Shown: positions 36,227-45,293, counted from the first letter of the stretch. The stretch: DNA of 64,000 nt from Actinomycetota bacterium (GCA_014381945.1 JACNKQ010000036.1:14739-78738); one strand, 5' to 3'. Notes: generated by a model from the sequence alone, not told the origin. A program made the numbers and translations.

Positions 36227-37045
36227 TCAGAGAACGAGCGGCGAAGAGCGGTTGCGGATACCGCGGACCAGGTTGAGCGCCGCCATCGTCGACGACTTCG
36301 GATTGTCCGGCAACGGATGGCCGCTGATCGTGAATTCGAGCCGGCCGAAGCCTCCGATTGCCGTGATCTCATGCCGGTTCCCGGTCGCCATCGGATCGGC
36401 TACGAGCCTGACCTGCGTGGCCTCGAGACCTACTCCGGCGAGGGCGGTGGTGACAACCACGTTGGCGTTCTTCGGGAACTGCGACGCCGCATCTGTGGCC
36501 GTCCCGGCGAACAACACCTCCGGTCCGTCGAGGTCGTCGAGGTCGCATCTGTCCTCGGCCGGTGTTCCCCGCCATGCGACAGGTGGCTTGATGACCCGGT
36601 GTTCGACGCTCTCGAGACCCATGATGCTCGCTGCAGCAAGCGCATCGACGGCCCCTATGGCACCGGGATGAACCTGAACGTGGGCACCGTGGCCGGCGGC
36701 GATGCCCAGTAGTTCCTCGAGCAACGCTGTGTCGGCGAACGCCGACGCGGACGAAACGATGAGGTCGGCGCCCGCCAGAAGAGCGGCACGGCCCCACGGA
36801 CCGACGCTCTCACGACCGGCAGCCTCGGCGACCACGTCGGGTCGTGTCGATGCGAGTTCGTCCGGGTCCGTTATCAGCCGGGCAAGGCCGGGAAGGTCGG
36901 AATGCGGACCTGATCCGGCACGCACGGCGACAGCGACAATCTCTACCGGAGCACCGGCGAGCAGACGGGAAGCGGTCCGGGCGATCGCTCCCCAGCCCAC
37001 GAGGGCGACGCGCAGTACAGGTCTGTTCGATTCGGCTGGCGCCAC
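36227..37045 (-). CDS. nadX: L-aspartate dehydrogenase-like protein (NadX family)
   Basis: The protein-like part of ORF 36227..38092 starts at GTG 37045, 5 nt after the upstream stop. It reads ...LRVALVGWGAIA..., HPGAIGAVDAL, FPKNANVVVT, DNPKSS, close to T. maritima NadX motifs. Confidence 0.7.
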   Translation of the reverse strand: MAPAESNRPVLRVALVGWGAIARTASRLLAGAPVEIVAVAVRAGSGPHSDLPGLARLITDPDELASTRPDVVAEAAGRESVGPWGRAALLAGADLIVSSASAFADTALLEELLGIAAGHGAHVQVHPGAIGAVDALAAASIMGLESVEHRVIKPPVAWRGTPAEDRCDLDDLDGPEVLFAGTATDAASQFPKNANVVVTTALAGVGLEATQVRLVADPMATGNRHEITAIGGFGRLEFTISGHPLPDNPKSSTMAALNLVRGIRNRSSPLVL

Positions 37046-37050
37046 GGTGC

Positions 37051-38004
37051 TCAGATCCGGAGTCCGCACTGTTCGAACGCCTCGCGGGTGATCCGCTTCT
37101 CGTCGTCTGTCAGCTCGAGCAGCGGAGCCCGGACACGGCCACCGACCTGCCCGAGGAGCTCCTGCCAGTACTTCTGGTGCGCATGGGGCTTCTCCGGGGG
37201 CCGGGTTCGCTTGAGGGCCGCCCTTACCGGATCGAGGCTCGCACTGACCGCCCGGGCCTCGTCGGCCCTCCCGGCGAACGCAGCCATGGTGTATTCGTGC
37301 ATCCGCCGGTCCGCTGCCGTCTGCAGGAGAAACGGCGGCGACGAACACAGGTAGAGCCGCCAGTCCAACTCCAAGATGTTGTCGAGCCACTCGTCCTCGG
37401 AGGCGGTGCTCACCTGGATGCGGTCGGCCGCCAGCGTGGTGAGTTCCGAATACATCGGTCGGGGCACGCTGTACTTGATCGCCACCACGTTCTCGAGGTC
37501 GGCGAGGCGGTTGCACAGTTCCGGCGACATGAGGTAGCCGCTGTCTGGATGGCTCCACAGGGCGATGCCGATGTCGACGTGTTCGGAGATGGTCCGGTAG
37601 TAGTCCATGAGGGTCTCGTCCTGGGCTGTTGTGAAGTGCAGCGCAGGTGCGTGGACGACGATGTAGTCGGCGCCGACGTGCTCGGCGTGGCGGGCCAGGT
37701 CGAGAACGATGTCCATGTTCTGGTCCGAACAGGACATGATCGTCTGGCCCCGTCCACGGGTGGCTTCGACTGCCAGCTCGAACGTCCGCTTCCGTTCCTC
37801 GACCGTCATCGAGAAGAACTCGCCCTGTTTGCCGGCGACGAAGAGCCCTTCGATGCCGAGGTCCCCGGTCCAGTGGCGGATGTTTTCGCGAAAGCCGTCC
37901 TCGTCGAGACGGAGGTCCTCGGTGAACGGCATGAGAGCGGCGGCCCAGATGCCCGTCATGTGCCTGCGGGCGTGGTCCTTTGCGTCGCTTCTGGCGTAGT
38001 CCAT
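37051..38004 (-). CDS. dihydrodipicolinate synthase (DapA) family class I aldolase/dehydratase-like protein
   Basis: 317-aa ORF of DHDPS-family layout with a candidate Schiff-base Lys in VVAIKYS. Specificity is unknown. Confidence 0.8.
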   Translation of the reverse strand: MDYARSDAKDHARRHMTGIWAAALMPFTEDLRLDEDGFRENIRHWTGDLGIEGLFVAGKQGEFFSMTVEERKRTFELAVEATRGRGQTIMSCSDQNMDIVLDLARHAEHVGADYIVVHAPALHFTTAQDETLMDYYRTISEHVDIGIALWSHPDSGYLMSPELCNRLADLENVVAIKYSVPRPMYSELTTLAADRIQVSTASEDEWLDNILELDWRLYLCSSPPFLLQTAADRRMHEYTMAAFAGRADEARAVSASLDPVRAALKRTRPPEKPHAHQKYWQELLGQVGGRVRAPLLELTDDEKRITREAFEQCGLRI

Positions 38005-38024
38005 GTCTGCGCTCCGAACCGTGT

Positions 38025-39461
38025 TCAGGCAGTGGTGGTGCTGTGGGAGACGCTCTTGACCGCCAGGTAGTGGTGGAGGCCCTCGGTGCCACCCTCGCGG
38101 CCGTATCCGCTGGACTTGACGCCGCCGAAGGGTGTCTCCGGAAGCGACGCCTCGAGCGTGTTGATCGAAAGATTGCCGGCCTCGACCCGGTCGACCATGC
38201 GGTCGATGTAGTCGGCCCGGTTGGTGAAGCCGTAGGCGGCGAGTCCGTAGGGAACCGAGTTGGCGCGTTCGATCGCCGTGTCGAGCGAGTCGACCGGGTT
38301 CACGATGGCGACTGGGCCGAAGGGTTCCTCCTGCATGATCCGGGCGTGTTCGGGCACGTTGGCGAGGACGGTCGGTTCGTGGAAATAGCCGGTCGTGCCG
38401 ATCCTGCCGCCGCCCGTGGTCACCTCGCCTCCTGCGTCTGTGGCGTCGGCGATTAGTTCGACGACCGCAGCCAGGCGGCGGTCGTTGGCGAGCGGTCCCA
38501 TCTCGACACCGGGCTCCATGCCGTCGCCTACGACCGTGGCTGCGCTACGGCGGGTGATTCCCTCGAGGAACTGTTCGAAGACGGACTCGTGGACGAAGAA
38601 GCGGGTCGGCGAGGTGCATACCTGTCCGGCGTTGCGCATCGCCCGGATGGCCGAAGATTCTGCCGCTGCATCGACGTCGGTGTCCTCGCACACGATCACC
38701 GGGGCGTGTCCGCCGAGTTCCATCAGGACCGTTGTCATGTGGTCGGAGGCGAGACCGGTCAGGTGGCGTCCGACCGCAGTTGAGCCCGTGAAGGCAACCA
38801 TGCGAATCGCGTCGCTGGAGATGAGGCGTTGCGAGATGTCGGCCGGGACCCCGAAGACGAGGTTCAGCACGCCGGCCGGCAACCCTGAGTCGTGGAATGC
38901 CTCGGCGATGTGCAGGGCACCCGCAGGGGTCTCCTCGGCCGCTTTGAGGACCAGCGAGCATCCGGCGGCCAGGGCTCCGGCGACCTTGCGTGCAGGCTGG
39001 CTCAGCGGGAAGTTCCAGGGCGAGAACGCTGCGACCGGCCCGATCGGCTGGTGGTGGACGATGTGCCTGATGCCCGGCCCGCTGGGTATCACACGACCGT
39101 AGGTCCGGGTCGCCTCGCCGGCGTCCCATTCGAGGAACTCGGCTCCCCGGATCACCTCGGCCCTCGCCTGCTCGAACGGCTTTCCGTGCTCGAGCGTGAT
39201 CGAGTGTGCGATCTCGTCCTGGCGGGCCCGCAGGAGAGAAGCCGCCGACCGGATGAGGTCGGCCCGATCACCCGGGGATGTGGTGCGCCACGTCTCGAAT
39301 CCGGTTGCTGCTGCGGCCAGCGCATCGTCGAGCGCTTCGGTGTCGGCGACGGGGATCTGGCCGATGACGGCCTCGTTGGCCGGGTTGACCACCGGCAGGG
39401 TCTCTGCGGTCGTACGCCAGGATCCACCGATGTAGAGCTTCAGTTCCGGGTACTCGTTCAT
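38025..39461 (-). CDS. NAD(P)-dependent aldehyde dehydrogenase (succinate-semialdehyde DH-like)
   Basis: 478-aa ORF (LKLYIGGSWR..., FTGSTAVG, ELGGHAP, GQVCTSPTR). Confidence 0.9.
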   Translation of the reverse strand: MNEYPELKLYIGGSWRTTAETLPVVNPANEAVIGQIPVADTEALDDALAAAATGFETWRTTSPGDRADLIRSAASLLRARQDEIAHSITLEHGKPFEQARAEVIRGAEFLEWDAGEATRTYGRVIPSGPGIRHIVHHQPIGPVAAFSPWNFPLSQPARKVAGALAAGCSLVLKAAEETPAGALHIAEAFHDSGLPAGVLNLVFGVPADISQRLISSDAIRMVAFTGSTAVGRHLTGLASDHMTTVLMELGGHAPVIVCEDTDVDAAAESSAIRAMRNAGQVCTSPTRFFVHESVFEQFLEGITRRSAATVVGDGMEPGVEMGPLANDRRLAAVVELIADATDAGGEVTTGGGRIGTTGYFHEPTVLANVPEHARIMQEEPFGPVAIVNPVDSLDTAIERANSVPYGLAAYGFTNRADYIDRMVDRVEAGNLSINTLEASLPETPFGGVKSSGYGREGGTEGLHHYLAVKSVSHSTTTA

Positions 39462-39498
39462 GGGTCGCTCGTCGTCTTTCGGCGTCGGTGGATGGCGG

Positions 39499-40311
39499 CT
39501 AGAAGCCGGTTCGGATGGCCCAGAGGTCGGGGAAGGTCGGCCGGAACAGTGTCGTGGCCAGGTAGGCGGCGCCGTCGGAGCCGCCGGTGCCCATCTTCGT
39601 TCCGATGGTTCTGCGAACCATCATGAGGTGGCGGTAGCGCCACTCCTGGAGGCCTTCGTCGAGGTCGGTGAAGGTCTCTACGAGGCCGACGAACCCGTCG
39701 TCGTCGAAGTTGGCGATCATCGTTGCCTGGAGTTCCGGGCTCTCGACGATCGGCATGCGCACATCGCGTTCACGCACCTCGACCGGGACGGCGAGACCCT
39801 GACGGTGCATCACGCCGACGAAGGCGTCCCACAGCGTGGACGCTTCGTAGCGTGCGTCGAGCCGGGTGCGCTCGTCGCCGTCGAACCAGTCGAGTTGGAT
39901 CCGGTCCTTGGTGCCGAGGGCGAACTCCAGTTCGCGGAACTGTGCTGACTGGAAGCCGCTGGCGTTGGCCAGAAACGATCGGAAGCTGGCGAACTCGGCT
40001 GGCGTCATCGTCTCGAGGACATCGATCTGCCCGACCAGGGTCTTCATGATCTTCAGCACCCGCTTGAGGCGTTGACGGGCGCCGTTGACGTTGTCGTCGT
40101 CGAGCTGTTCGACGACGAAGTCGATCTCGTGGAGCATCTGTTTGAACCAGAGCTCGTAGACCTGATGGATGATTATGAAAAGTGTCTCGTCGTGTTCCGG
40201 CTTTCCGGTCGACGGGTCTAGAGAGACGCACCGCTGCAGGGACAGCAGTTCGGGCACCATCAGGTAGTTGCCGTAGGTGAACTCGTCGTCGTTTTCGAAG
40301 GGGAGGCTCAT
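39499..40311 (-). CDS. kynA: tryptophan 2,3-dioxygenase
   Basis: 270-aa ORF (...YGNYLMVPELLSLQ...HDETLFIIIHQVYELWFKQ...GTGGSDGAAYL...). ATGA overlap with the KMO stop. Confidence 0.9.
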   Translation of the reverse strand: MSLPFENDDEFTYGNYLMVPELLSLQRCVSLDPSTGKPEHDETLFIIIHQVYELWFKQMLHEIDFVVEQLDDDNVNGARQRLKRVLKIMKTLVGQIDVLETMTPAEFASFRSFLANASGFQSAQFRELEFALGTKDRIQLDWFDGDERTRLDARYEASTLWDAFVGVMHRQGLAVPVEVRERDVRMPIVESPELQATMIANFDDDGFVGLVETFTDLDEGLQEWRYRHLMMVRRTIGTKMGTGGSDGAAYLATTLFRPTFPDLWAIRTGF

Positions 40312-41657
40312 GAGACCGAGAGCGCATCGTGGTCGACGAGCGGGTCGAGAGCGGGGAGCCTGGGCAGGGCTGCGACCAGGGCATCGACGTCGACCGACGG
40401 GTCGGCGATGGCCGATGCGATGATCTCACCCTGTGCGGCTGCACGGTCCTTCGCTTCGGCGTACGGCATGGTCGAGAACATCACCATGCTGTACCGGGGG
40501 CTCAGGTGTTCGGGATGGCGCTTCTCCAGATCGAGGGCCAACGTTCTCCTGGCGACATAGTCGGGGTCGACCACGCCGGCCCGCATCTCGATGTAGTTGT
40601 CCAGCGCCATGTCGGCGATTGCGTCGGTGCTGGGCCTGCGTTCCGTCTCATATCGGTGGAACGCCCCGGCGATGTCGTCCGGCGTAGCGCTGAGGTGGCG
40701 GTCCAACAGCCGGGCGGACTCCATGGCGGCGTTCATTCCCTGGCCGTGGAAGGGAACGATTGCGTGGGCGGCGTCGCCCAGGAGCATGGCCCGGTCCTCG
40801 TAGCTCCAACCGGTGGCCCGGACGGTGCCGAGCACGCCGGTGGGGTTGGCGCCGAACTGGTCGGCGAGGTCGGGCATGAGCGCTGCGACGTCGGCGAACT
40901 CGGCTTCAAAGAAGGTCTCGACCGCTGCAGCAGAATTGAGCGAATCGAACGTCTCGGTCGGTGCGAAGAGGGTGACGGTGAAGTCTCCGGCGGGGTTGGC
41001 GAGTGCGATCAGCATGAGATCACCGCGGGGCCAGATGTGCAGGGCGTTGGGATCCAGACGGTGGTCGCCGTTGTCGTCGGCTGGGAGGGTGAGCTCTTTG
41101 TAGCCGTGGCCGAGCCGGTCGGTTCTCCATCGGCAGGCACCGGTGGCGGCGATCGCCATGCGGACCGGTGACCCGGCCCCGTCGGCGCCGAACACCACAC
41201 CGAACGGCTCCGAGGTCCCGTCATCGAAATGCAGCAGGGACCTGTCGAGGTCGACGGAGGCGATGTGCCGGTCGAATTCGATGGTGACCCGTCCGGTGGC
41301 CTCGGCGGCGTCGAGCAGGATTGCGTTGAGGTCGTTGCGCGACACCGAGTGGATGACCTCGTGGGCCCTTGTTCCGTACGGCTGGAGTTCGGGGTTCGGT
41401 TGATCTACGGCATGGACCATGCGGCCCCGCATCGGGATGGTGATGGCGTCGACCTGTTCGATGACGCCGACGTCGATGAGGGGCACGGTCCCGCGGGTTG
41501 CGAGGGCGAGGTTGATCGAGCGGCCGGCCCCGATCTCTGTGGTCCGAAGATCGGAGCGGCTTTCGTAGACGGTGACATCGTGGCCCTGACGTCCGAGGTA
41601 GGTGGCGAGCAGCGCTCCTGCAGGACCGGCCCCGGCGACGACGATCGGGGTCCTCAC
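40308..41657 (-). CDS. kmo: kynurenine 3-monooxygenase (FAD-dependent)
   Basis: GTG 41657 overlaps the kynureninase stop (GTGA). Reads VRTPIVVAGAGPAGALLATYLGRQGHDVTVYESR...GDAAHAIVPFHGQGMN... Confidence 0.85.
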   Translation of the reverse strand: MRTPIVVAGAGPAGALLATYLGRQGHDVTVYESRSDLRTTEIGAGRSINLALATRGTVPLIDVGVIEQVDAITIPMRGRMVHAVDQPNPELQPYGTRAHEVIHSVSRNDLNAILLDAAEATGRVTIEFDRHIASVDLDRSLLHFDDGTSEPFGVVFGADGAGSPVRMAIAATGACRWRTDRLGHGYKELTLPADDNGDHRLDPNALHIWPRGDLMLIALANPAGDFTVTLFAPTETFDSLNSAAAVETFFEAEFADVAALMPDLADQFGANPTGVLGTVRATGWSYEDRAMLLGDAAHAIVPFHGQGMNAAMESARLLDRHLSATPDDIAGAFHRYETERRPSTDAIADMALDNYIEMRAGVVDPDYVARRTLALDLEKRHPEHLSPRYSMVMFSTMPYAEAKDRAAAQGEIIASAIADPSVDVDALVAALPRLPALDPLVDHDALSVS

Positions 41658-42919
41658 GTGACGATCCCGTCGAGCATGCCGACGAACCTGTCGATGTCGG
41701 CGAAGGTGTTGTACAGCGGTACGGACGCCACCCGGATCACATCGGGATGGCGCCAGTCGCAGAAGACGCCTGCTTCGGTCAGGTCGGCAAACACCCGCCT
41801 GCCGTCGCCTGCAGTGACGCGCAGGGAGAGCTGGCACCCACGTTCCGCCATGGCGGCAGGCGTGATGTTTTCGACACGGTCGCCCAGGCTTTCGGCGAGC
41901 CGGCGGTCGAAGAACTCGATCTGCCGTTCCGACTTGTGGCGGAGCGCTGCAACGCCGCCTGCATCATCGAACATCTCGAGGGATGCCCGAAGCGCCGCCA
42001 TCATCAGGATGGGGCCGTTGGACACCTGCCACGACTCGGCCGTGGGGATCGCATCGAATTCGGACGTCATCTCGAACCGGGTCGCCTTGTTGGTGCCCCA
42101 CCAGCCGAGGAACTTCGGCAGCGCCTGATCGGCGACATGGCGTTCGTGTACGAACGCTGCGGCGACTGCGCCTGGACCGCCGTTGAGGTACTTGTAGGTA
42201 CACCAGGCGGCGAAGTCGACGCCCCAGTCGTGCAGGTTCAGTGCGACGTTGCCCGCTGAGTGGGCGAGGTCGAACCCGACCGTCGCTCCGACCGCATGGC
42301 CGGCCGCCGTGATGTCCGCGACAGGTAGCACCTGGCCCGTGTAGTACTGCACGCCGGGCAGGAGCACGAGGGCCAGCTGGTCGCCGTGTTCGGCGATGGC
42401 AGCGAGAATGTCGCTGTGGCGCAACGTGTCCTCGCCTTTGCGGGGTCCGATGAGGACCAGCGACGTCGCCGGATCAAACCCGCGTTGACGTATCTGGGAT
42501 TCGGCGGCGAAGTGGTCGGATGGAAAGGCGTGTTGTTCGATGAGGATCTTGTGTCGGTCCGGTGTGGGCCGGTAGAAGCTCACCATCAGCATGTGGAGGT
42601 TGACGGTTAGCGAGTTCATCGCCACGACCTCGTGCGGTTCGGCGCCGACGAGCCGTGCCAGCGGGGCGGTCAGCAGTTCGTGGTAGTGCTCCCATGCCAT
42701 TTCTCCCGTGTCGTGGCCGGCGGCGCCCAGGTTGCCCCAGCGCTGGAGTTCGGCTTCGACATGGTCGCGGGCGGCTCTGGGGAGCGGACCGAGCGAGTTG
42801 CCCACGAGGTAGATGCCTTCTGGCAACTCGAACTCGTCTCGGAACCGGGCGAGGGGGTCCGAGGCATCTAGGTCGGCGGCGCTGGGAGCGGCCGTGTCGG
42901 GGATCGGCGTGTCGTTCAC
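41654..42919 (-). CDS. kynU: kynureninase (PLP-dependent)
   Basis: GTG 42919 overlaps the 3-HAO stop (GTGA). Contains ...LVGNSLGPLP..., FDLAHSAGN and WCTYKYLNGGPG (PLP Lys). Confidence 0.9.
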   Translation of the reverse strand: MNDTPIPDTAAPSAADLDASDPLARFRDEFELPEGIYLVGNSLGPLPRAARDHVEAELQRWGNLGAAGHDTGEMAWEHYHELLTAPLARLVGAEPHEVVAMNSLTVNLHMLMVSFYRPTPDRHKILIEQHAFPSDHFAAESQIRQRGFDPATSLVLIGPRKGEDTLRHSDILAAIAEHGDQLALVLLPGVQYYTGQVLPVADITAAGHAVGATVGFDLAHSAGNVALNLHDWGVDFAAWCTYKYLNGGPGAVAAAFVHERHVADQALPKFLGWWGTNKATRFEMTSEFDAIPTAESWQVSNGPILMMAALRASLEMFDDAGGVAALRHKSERQIEFFDRRLAESLGDRVENITPAAMAERGCQLSLRVTAGDGRRVFADLTEAGVFCDWRHPDVIRVASVPLYNTFADIDRFVGMLDGIVT

Positions 42920-43470
42920 AGGCGACCGTTCGTTCCCGGATGCAGTGCACCGCAGTTCGGGCAGGTGCGTGCTTCTTCGTCTGCGTGGAACGAGTCGAAC
43001 AGCGGTGGCAGGTCCTTGTCGATCGCCTGGAGTTGGACCTCGACCCGGTGTACGAGGTGCGCACAGTCGAAGCAGACCCATTCGAAACCGTCGAGTTCGC
43101 CGGGGTTGCGCTGGTATTCGACGACGAGTCCGATCGATGCGGGATCGGGACGTTGGGGCGAATGCCGGACGCCACCAGGTAGGAGGTAGACGTCTCCTTC
43201 CCGTATGGGCATGGCATAGGGCTCGGTTCCGTCGCCGGGCCAGATCACGAGGTTCATGTCTCCCTGGATCTGGTAGAAGAACTCCTCGCGGGGGTCATCG
43301 TGGAAGTCGCACCGTTGGTTTCCCCCGCCGACGATCATCACGATCATGTCGGCCTCCCGCCAGATCTGGCGGTTGGCGACGGGCGGGGTGAGCTCGTCGC
43401 GGTGGTCCCGGATCCAGGTGCCGAGGTTGAACGGTCGCCGGTCCGCCGGGCTCGGGTCGTAGACGGTCAT
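42916..43470 (-). CDS. nbaC: 3-hydroxyanthranilate 3,4-dioxygenase
   Basis: 184-aa cupin ORF (...CDFHDDPREEFFYQIQGDM...GDVYLLPGGVRHSPQR...) with a C-terminal rubredoxin-like CFDC...CPNC site. Confidence 0.9.
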   Translation of the reverse strand: MTVYDPSPADRRPFNLGTWIRDHRDELTPPVANRQIWREADMIVMIVGGGNQRCDFHDDPREEFFYQIQGDMNLVIWPGDGTEPYAMPIREGDVYLLPGGVRHSPQRPDPASIGLVVEYQRNPGELDGFEWVCFDCAHLVHRVEVQLQAIDKDLPPLFDSFHADEEARTCPNCGALHPGTNGRL

Positions 43471-43495
43471 GCCCGTCTCCTTCGTGGTGGTCGGT

Positions 43496-43981
43496 TCATG
43501 CCGTCAGGACCTCTCCGTCGGCGGGAACTCCGGAACGGGATTCGACCAGGGCGGTCAACTCCTGAAGTCGGGCGACCAGTTCGGAGAGATCGCCTGCGCC
43601 GGCCAACGCCTCTGCCTCGAGACGCGTGGCTTCGGTGATGAGGGTGGCCGTCAGCGTCGATCCGGCCGGCGTGATGGTGGCCAGCCGTTGGCGGCGATCG
43701 ACGGTGCTCACCGTTCTGGTGACCAGCCCTCGCTGTTCGAGCCGCCGCAGGGCATGGGTCACGGTGGGTTGGGGGCTCAGCGCTGCTGCAGCCAACTCGG
43801 CGACGCTGAGTTCGCCGAGTTCCTGCAGGACTGCGAGCACCCGCCATTCCGAGCGTGCGACGCCGGAGCGGGTGAGCACTGCGTAGAACGGTGCCGACAG
43901 CGCCTGGTCGGCCTGTCGTATGAGGTACGGGAGGTAGCGGCCGAGAAAGCCCTCTGAGTATCCCCCCTCATGTCGTGCCAC
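43496..43981 (-). CDS. MarR family transcriptional regulator
   Basis: Winged-helix core ...WRVLAVLQELGELSVAELAAAALSPQPTVTHALRRLEQRGLV.... I place the start at GTG 43981, because the track's TTG 44017 coincides with a perfect -35 hexamer. The mRNA would be leaderless or nearly so. Confidence 0.8.
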   Translation of the reverse strand: MARHEGGYSEGFLGRYLPYLIRQADQALSAPFYAVLTRSGVARSEWRVLAVLQELGELSVAELAAAALSPQPTVTHALRRLEQRGLVTRTVSTVDRRQRLATITPAGSTLTATLITEATRLEAEALAGAGDLSELVARLQELTALVESRSGVPADGEVLTA

Positions 43982-43988
43982 GCAGCGG

Positions 43989-44017
43989 AGAATAGATTCA
44001 TACGAATGGGATGTCAA
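43989..44017 (-). promoter_or_regulatory. strong candidate promoter of the marR-kynurenine operon
   Basis: On the minus strand: TTGACA (44017-44012), a 17-nt spacer, TATTCT (43994-43989). The in-frame GTG lies 7 nt downstream, in a locally AT-rich patch. Confidence 0.5.
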
Positions 44018-44109
44018 CAGCCGCCGCTGTTCGACAGCCGCTACCTGTCAGATCCCAGGTGGCCCCGGGCCCAAGGATCCAGGCAGTTGCCGACGGAGAG
44101 TCGCTGAAA

Positions 44110-44125
44110 GCAGGCCGGGGCCTGC
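44110..44125 (-). terminator. weak candidate terminator hairpin after ilvC
   Basis: mRNA GCAGG-CCCCGG-CCUGC followed by UUUC, 20 nt after the ilvC stop. The stem is short and the U-tract poor. Confidence 0.25.
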
Positions 44126-44144
44126 CAGATGGACGAAGAGGGCG

Positions 44145-45176
44145 CTACCCCTGGCCGCCGGAGGCGTCCTGGACCGAGACCTTGCCGGCGCTGATCCACG
44201 GCATCATGGCCCGCAGTTCCTCGCCGACCTTCTCGATACGGTGCTCCCTGCCCTCGGCCTCCAGGCGGTGGAAGTTCTCGCGACCCGAGCGGGCCTCGGC
44301 GACCCACTCCTCGGCGAAGGCACCGGACTGGATCTCCGACAGGATCTCGCCCATGGTGGCGCGGACGCTGTCGTCGATGACCCGGGGGCCACGCGAAAGG
44401 TCGCCGTACTCGGCGGTGTCCGACACCGAGTAGCGCATGCCGCCGATGCCCTGCTCGTACATGAGGTCCACGATGAGCTTCAGTTCGTGGAGGCACTCGA
44501 AGTAGCAGATCTCAGGCTGGTAGCCGGCGTCGACGAGCGTGTCGAAGGCGCTGCGGACCAACTCGGTCATGCCACCGCACAGAACCACCTGCTCGCCGAA
44601 CAGGTCGGTTTCGCACTCCTCGGTGAACGTGGTCTCGATGACCCCGGCCCTGGCGCCGCCGATGCCGTCCGCATATGCGAGAGCCAGCGCCTTGGCACCA
44701 CCCGTCGGATCCTGCTCGACGGCGATGAGGCACGGCACGCCGCCACCCTCGACGTAGGTGCGGCGCACCAGGTGGCCGGGTCCCTTCGGGGCGATCATGA
44801 TCACATCAACGTCCTCGGGTGGCGTGATGAGGTCGAAGCGGATGTTGAACCCGTGCGAGAACGCAAGGGCGTCGCCGCGGCTCAGGTTCGGGGCGATGTG
44901 CTCCTCGTAGATCGCAGCCTGGTCGGTGTCGGGCAGCAGCAGCATGACGACATCGGCCCATGCCGTGGCATCGGCTATCGACTTCACTGCGAGTCCTGCC
45001 TCGGTGGCCTTGGCGACCGAGCTCGAGCTCTCGCGCAGGCCGACGCAGACGTCGATACCGGACTCCTTGAGGTTGAGCGCATGGGCGTGGCCCTGCGAGC
45101 CGTAGCCCAGGATCGCCACCTTGCGGTCCGCTATCGCCGAGCGGTCGACATCCTGTTCGTAGTACACGTTCGCCAC
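44145..45176 (-). CDS. ilvC: ketol-acid reductoisomerase
   Basis: 343-aa ORF (...[21 protein letters not shown]...), with a GTG start preceded by AGGAG 8 nt upstream. Confidence 0.95.
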   Translation of the reverse strand: MANVYYEQDVDRSAIADRKVAILGYGSQGHAHALNLKESGIDVCVGLRESSSSVAKATEAGLAVKSIADATAWADVVMLLLPDTDQAAIYEEHIAPNLSRGDALAFSHGFNIRFDLITPPEDVDVIMIAPKGPGHLVRRTYVEGGGVPCLIAVEQDPTGGAKALALAYADGIGGARAGVIETTFTEECETDLFGEQVVLCGGMTELVRSAFDTLVDAGYQPEICYFECLHELKLIVDLMYEQGIGGMRYSVSDTAEYGDLSRGPRVIDDSVRATMGEILSEIQSGAFAEEWVAEARSGRENFHRLEAEGREHRIEKVGEELRAMMPWISAGKVSVQDASGGQG

Positions 45177-45206
45177 GGGAGGTTCTCCTGTTTCTTGGGT
45201 GTTGTT

Positions 45207-45278
45207 GGTCGAAAGGGTCGAAAGGGTCGAAGGGGCCGAAAGGGTCGAAAGGGCCGAAAGGGCCGAAGGGGCCGAAGG
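45207..45278. repeat. 8 tandem copies of a 9-bp unit GG(T/C)CGAA(A/G)G in the ilvN-ilvC spacer
   Basis: Read directly: ggtcgaaag ggtcgaaag ggtcgaagg ggccgaaag ggtcgaaag ggccgaaag ggccgaagg ggccgaagg. A degenerate ninth unit follows. Confidence 0.9.
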
Positions 45279-45293
45279 GGTTCGGGCGCCGGG

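Noticed and set aside
44012-44017. TTG at 44017 as the MarR start codon (track ORF 43496..44017)
   Set aside because: The TTGACA here forms a perfect -35 hexamer, 17 nt from a TATTCT -10 element. The first 12 codons fall in an AT-rich, promoter-like patch. The in-frame GTG at 43981 is preferred.
45207-45278. Possible CRISPR array
   Set aside because: The units are 9 bp and directly abutting with no spacers, and no cas genes are present. This is a simple tandem repeat.
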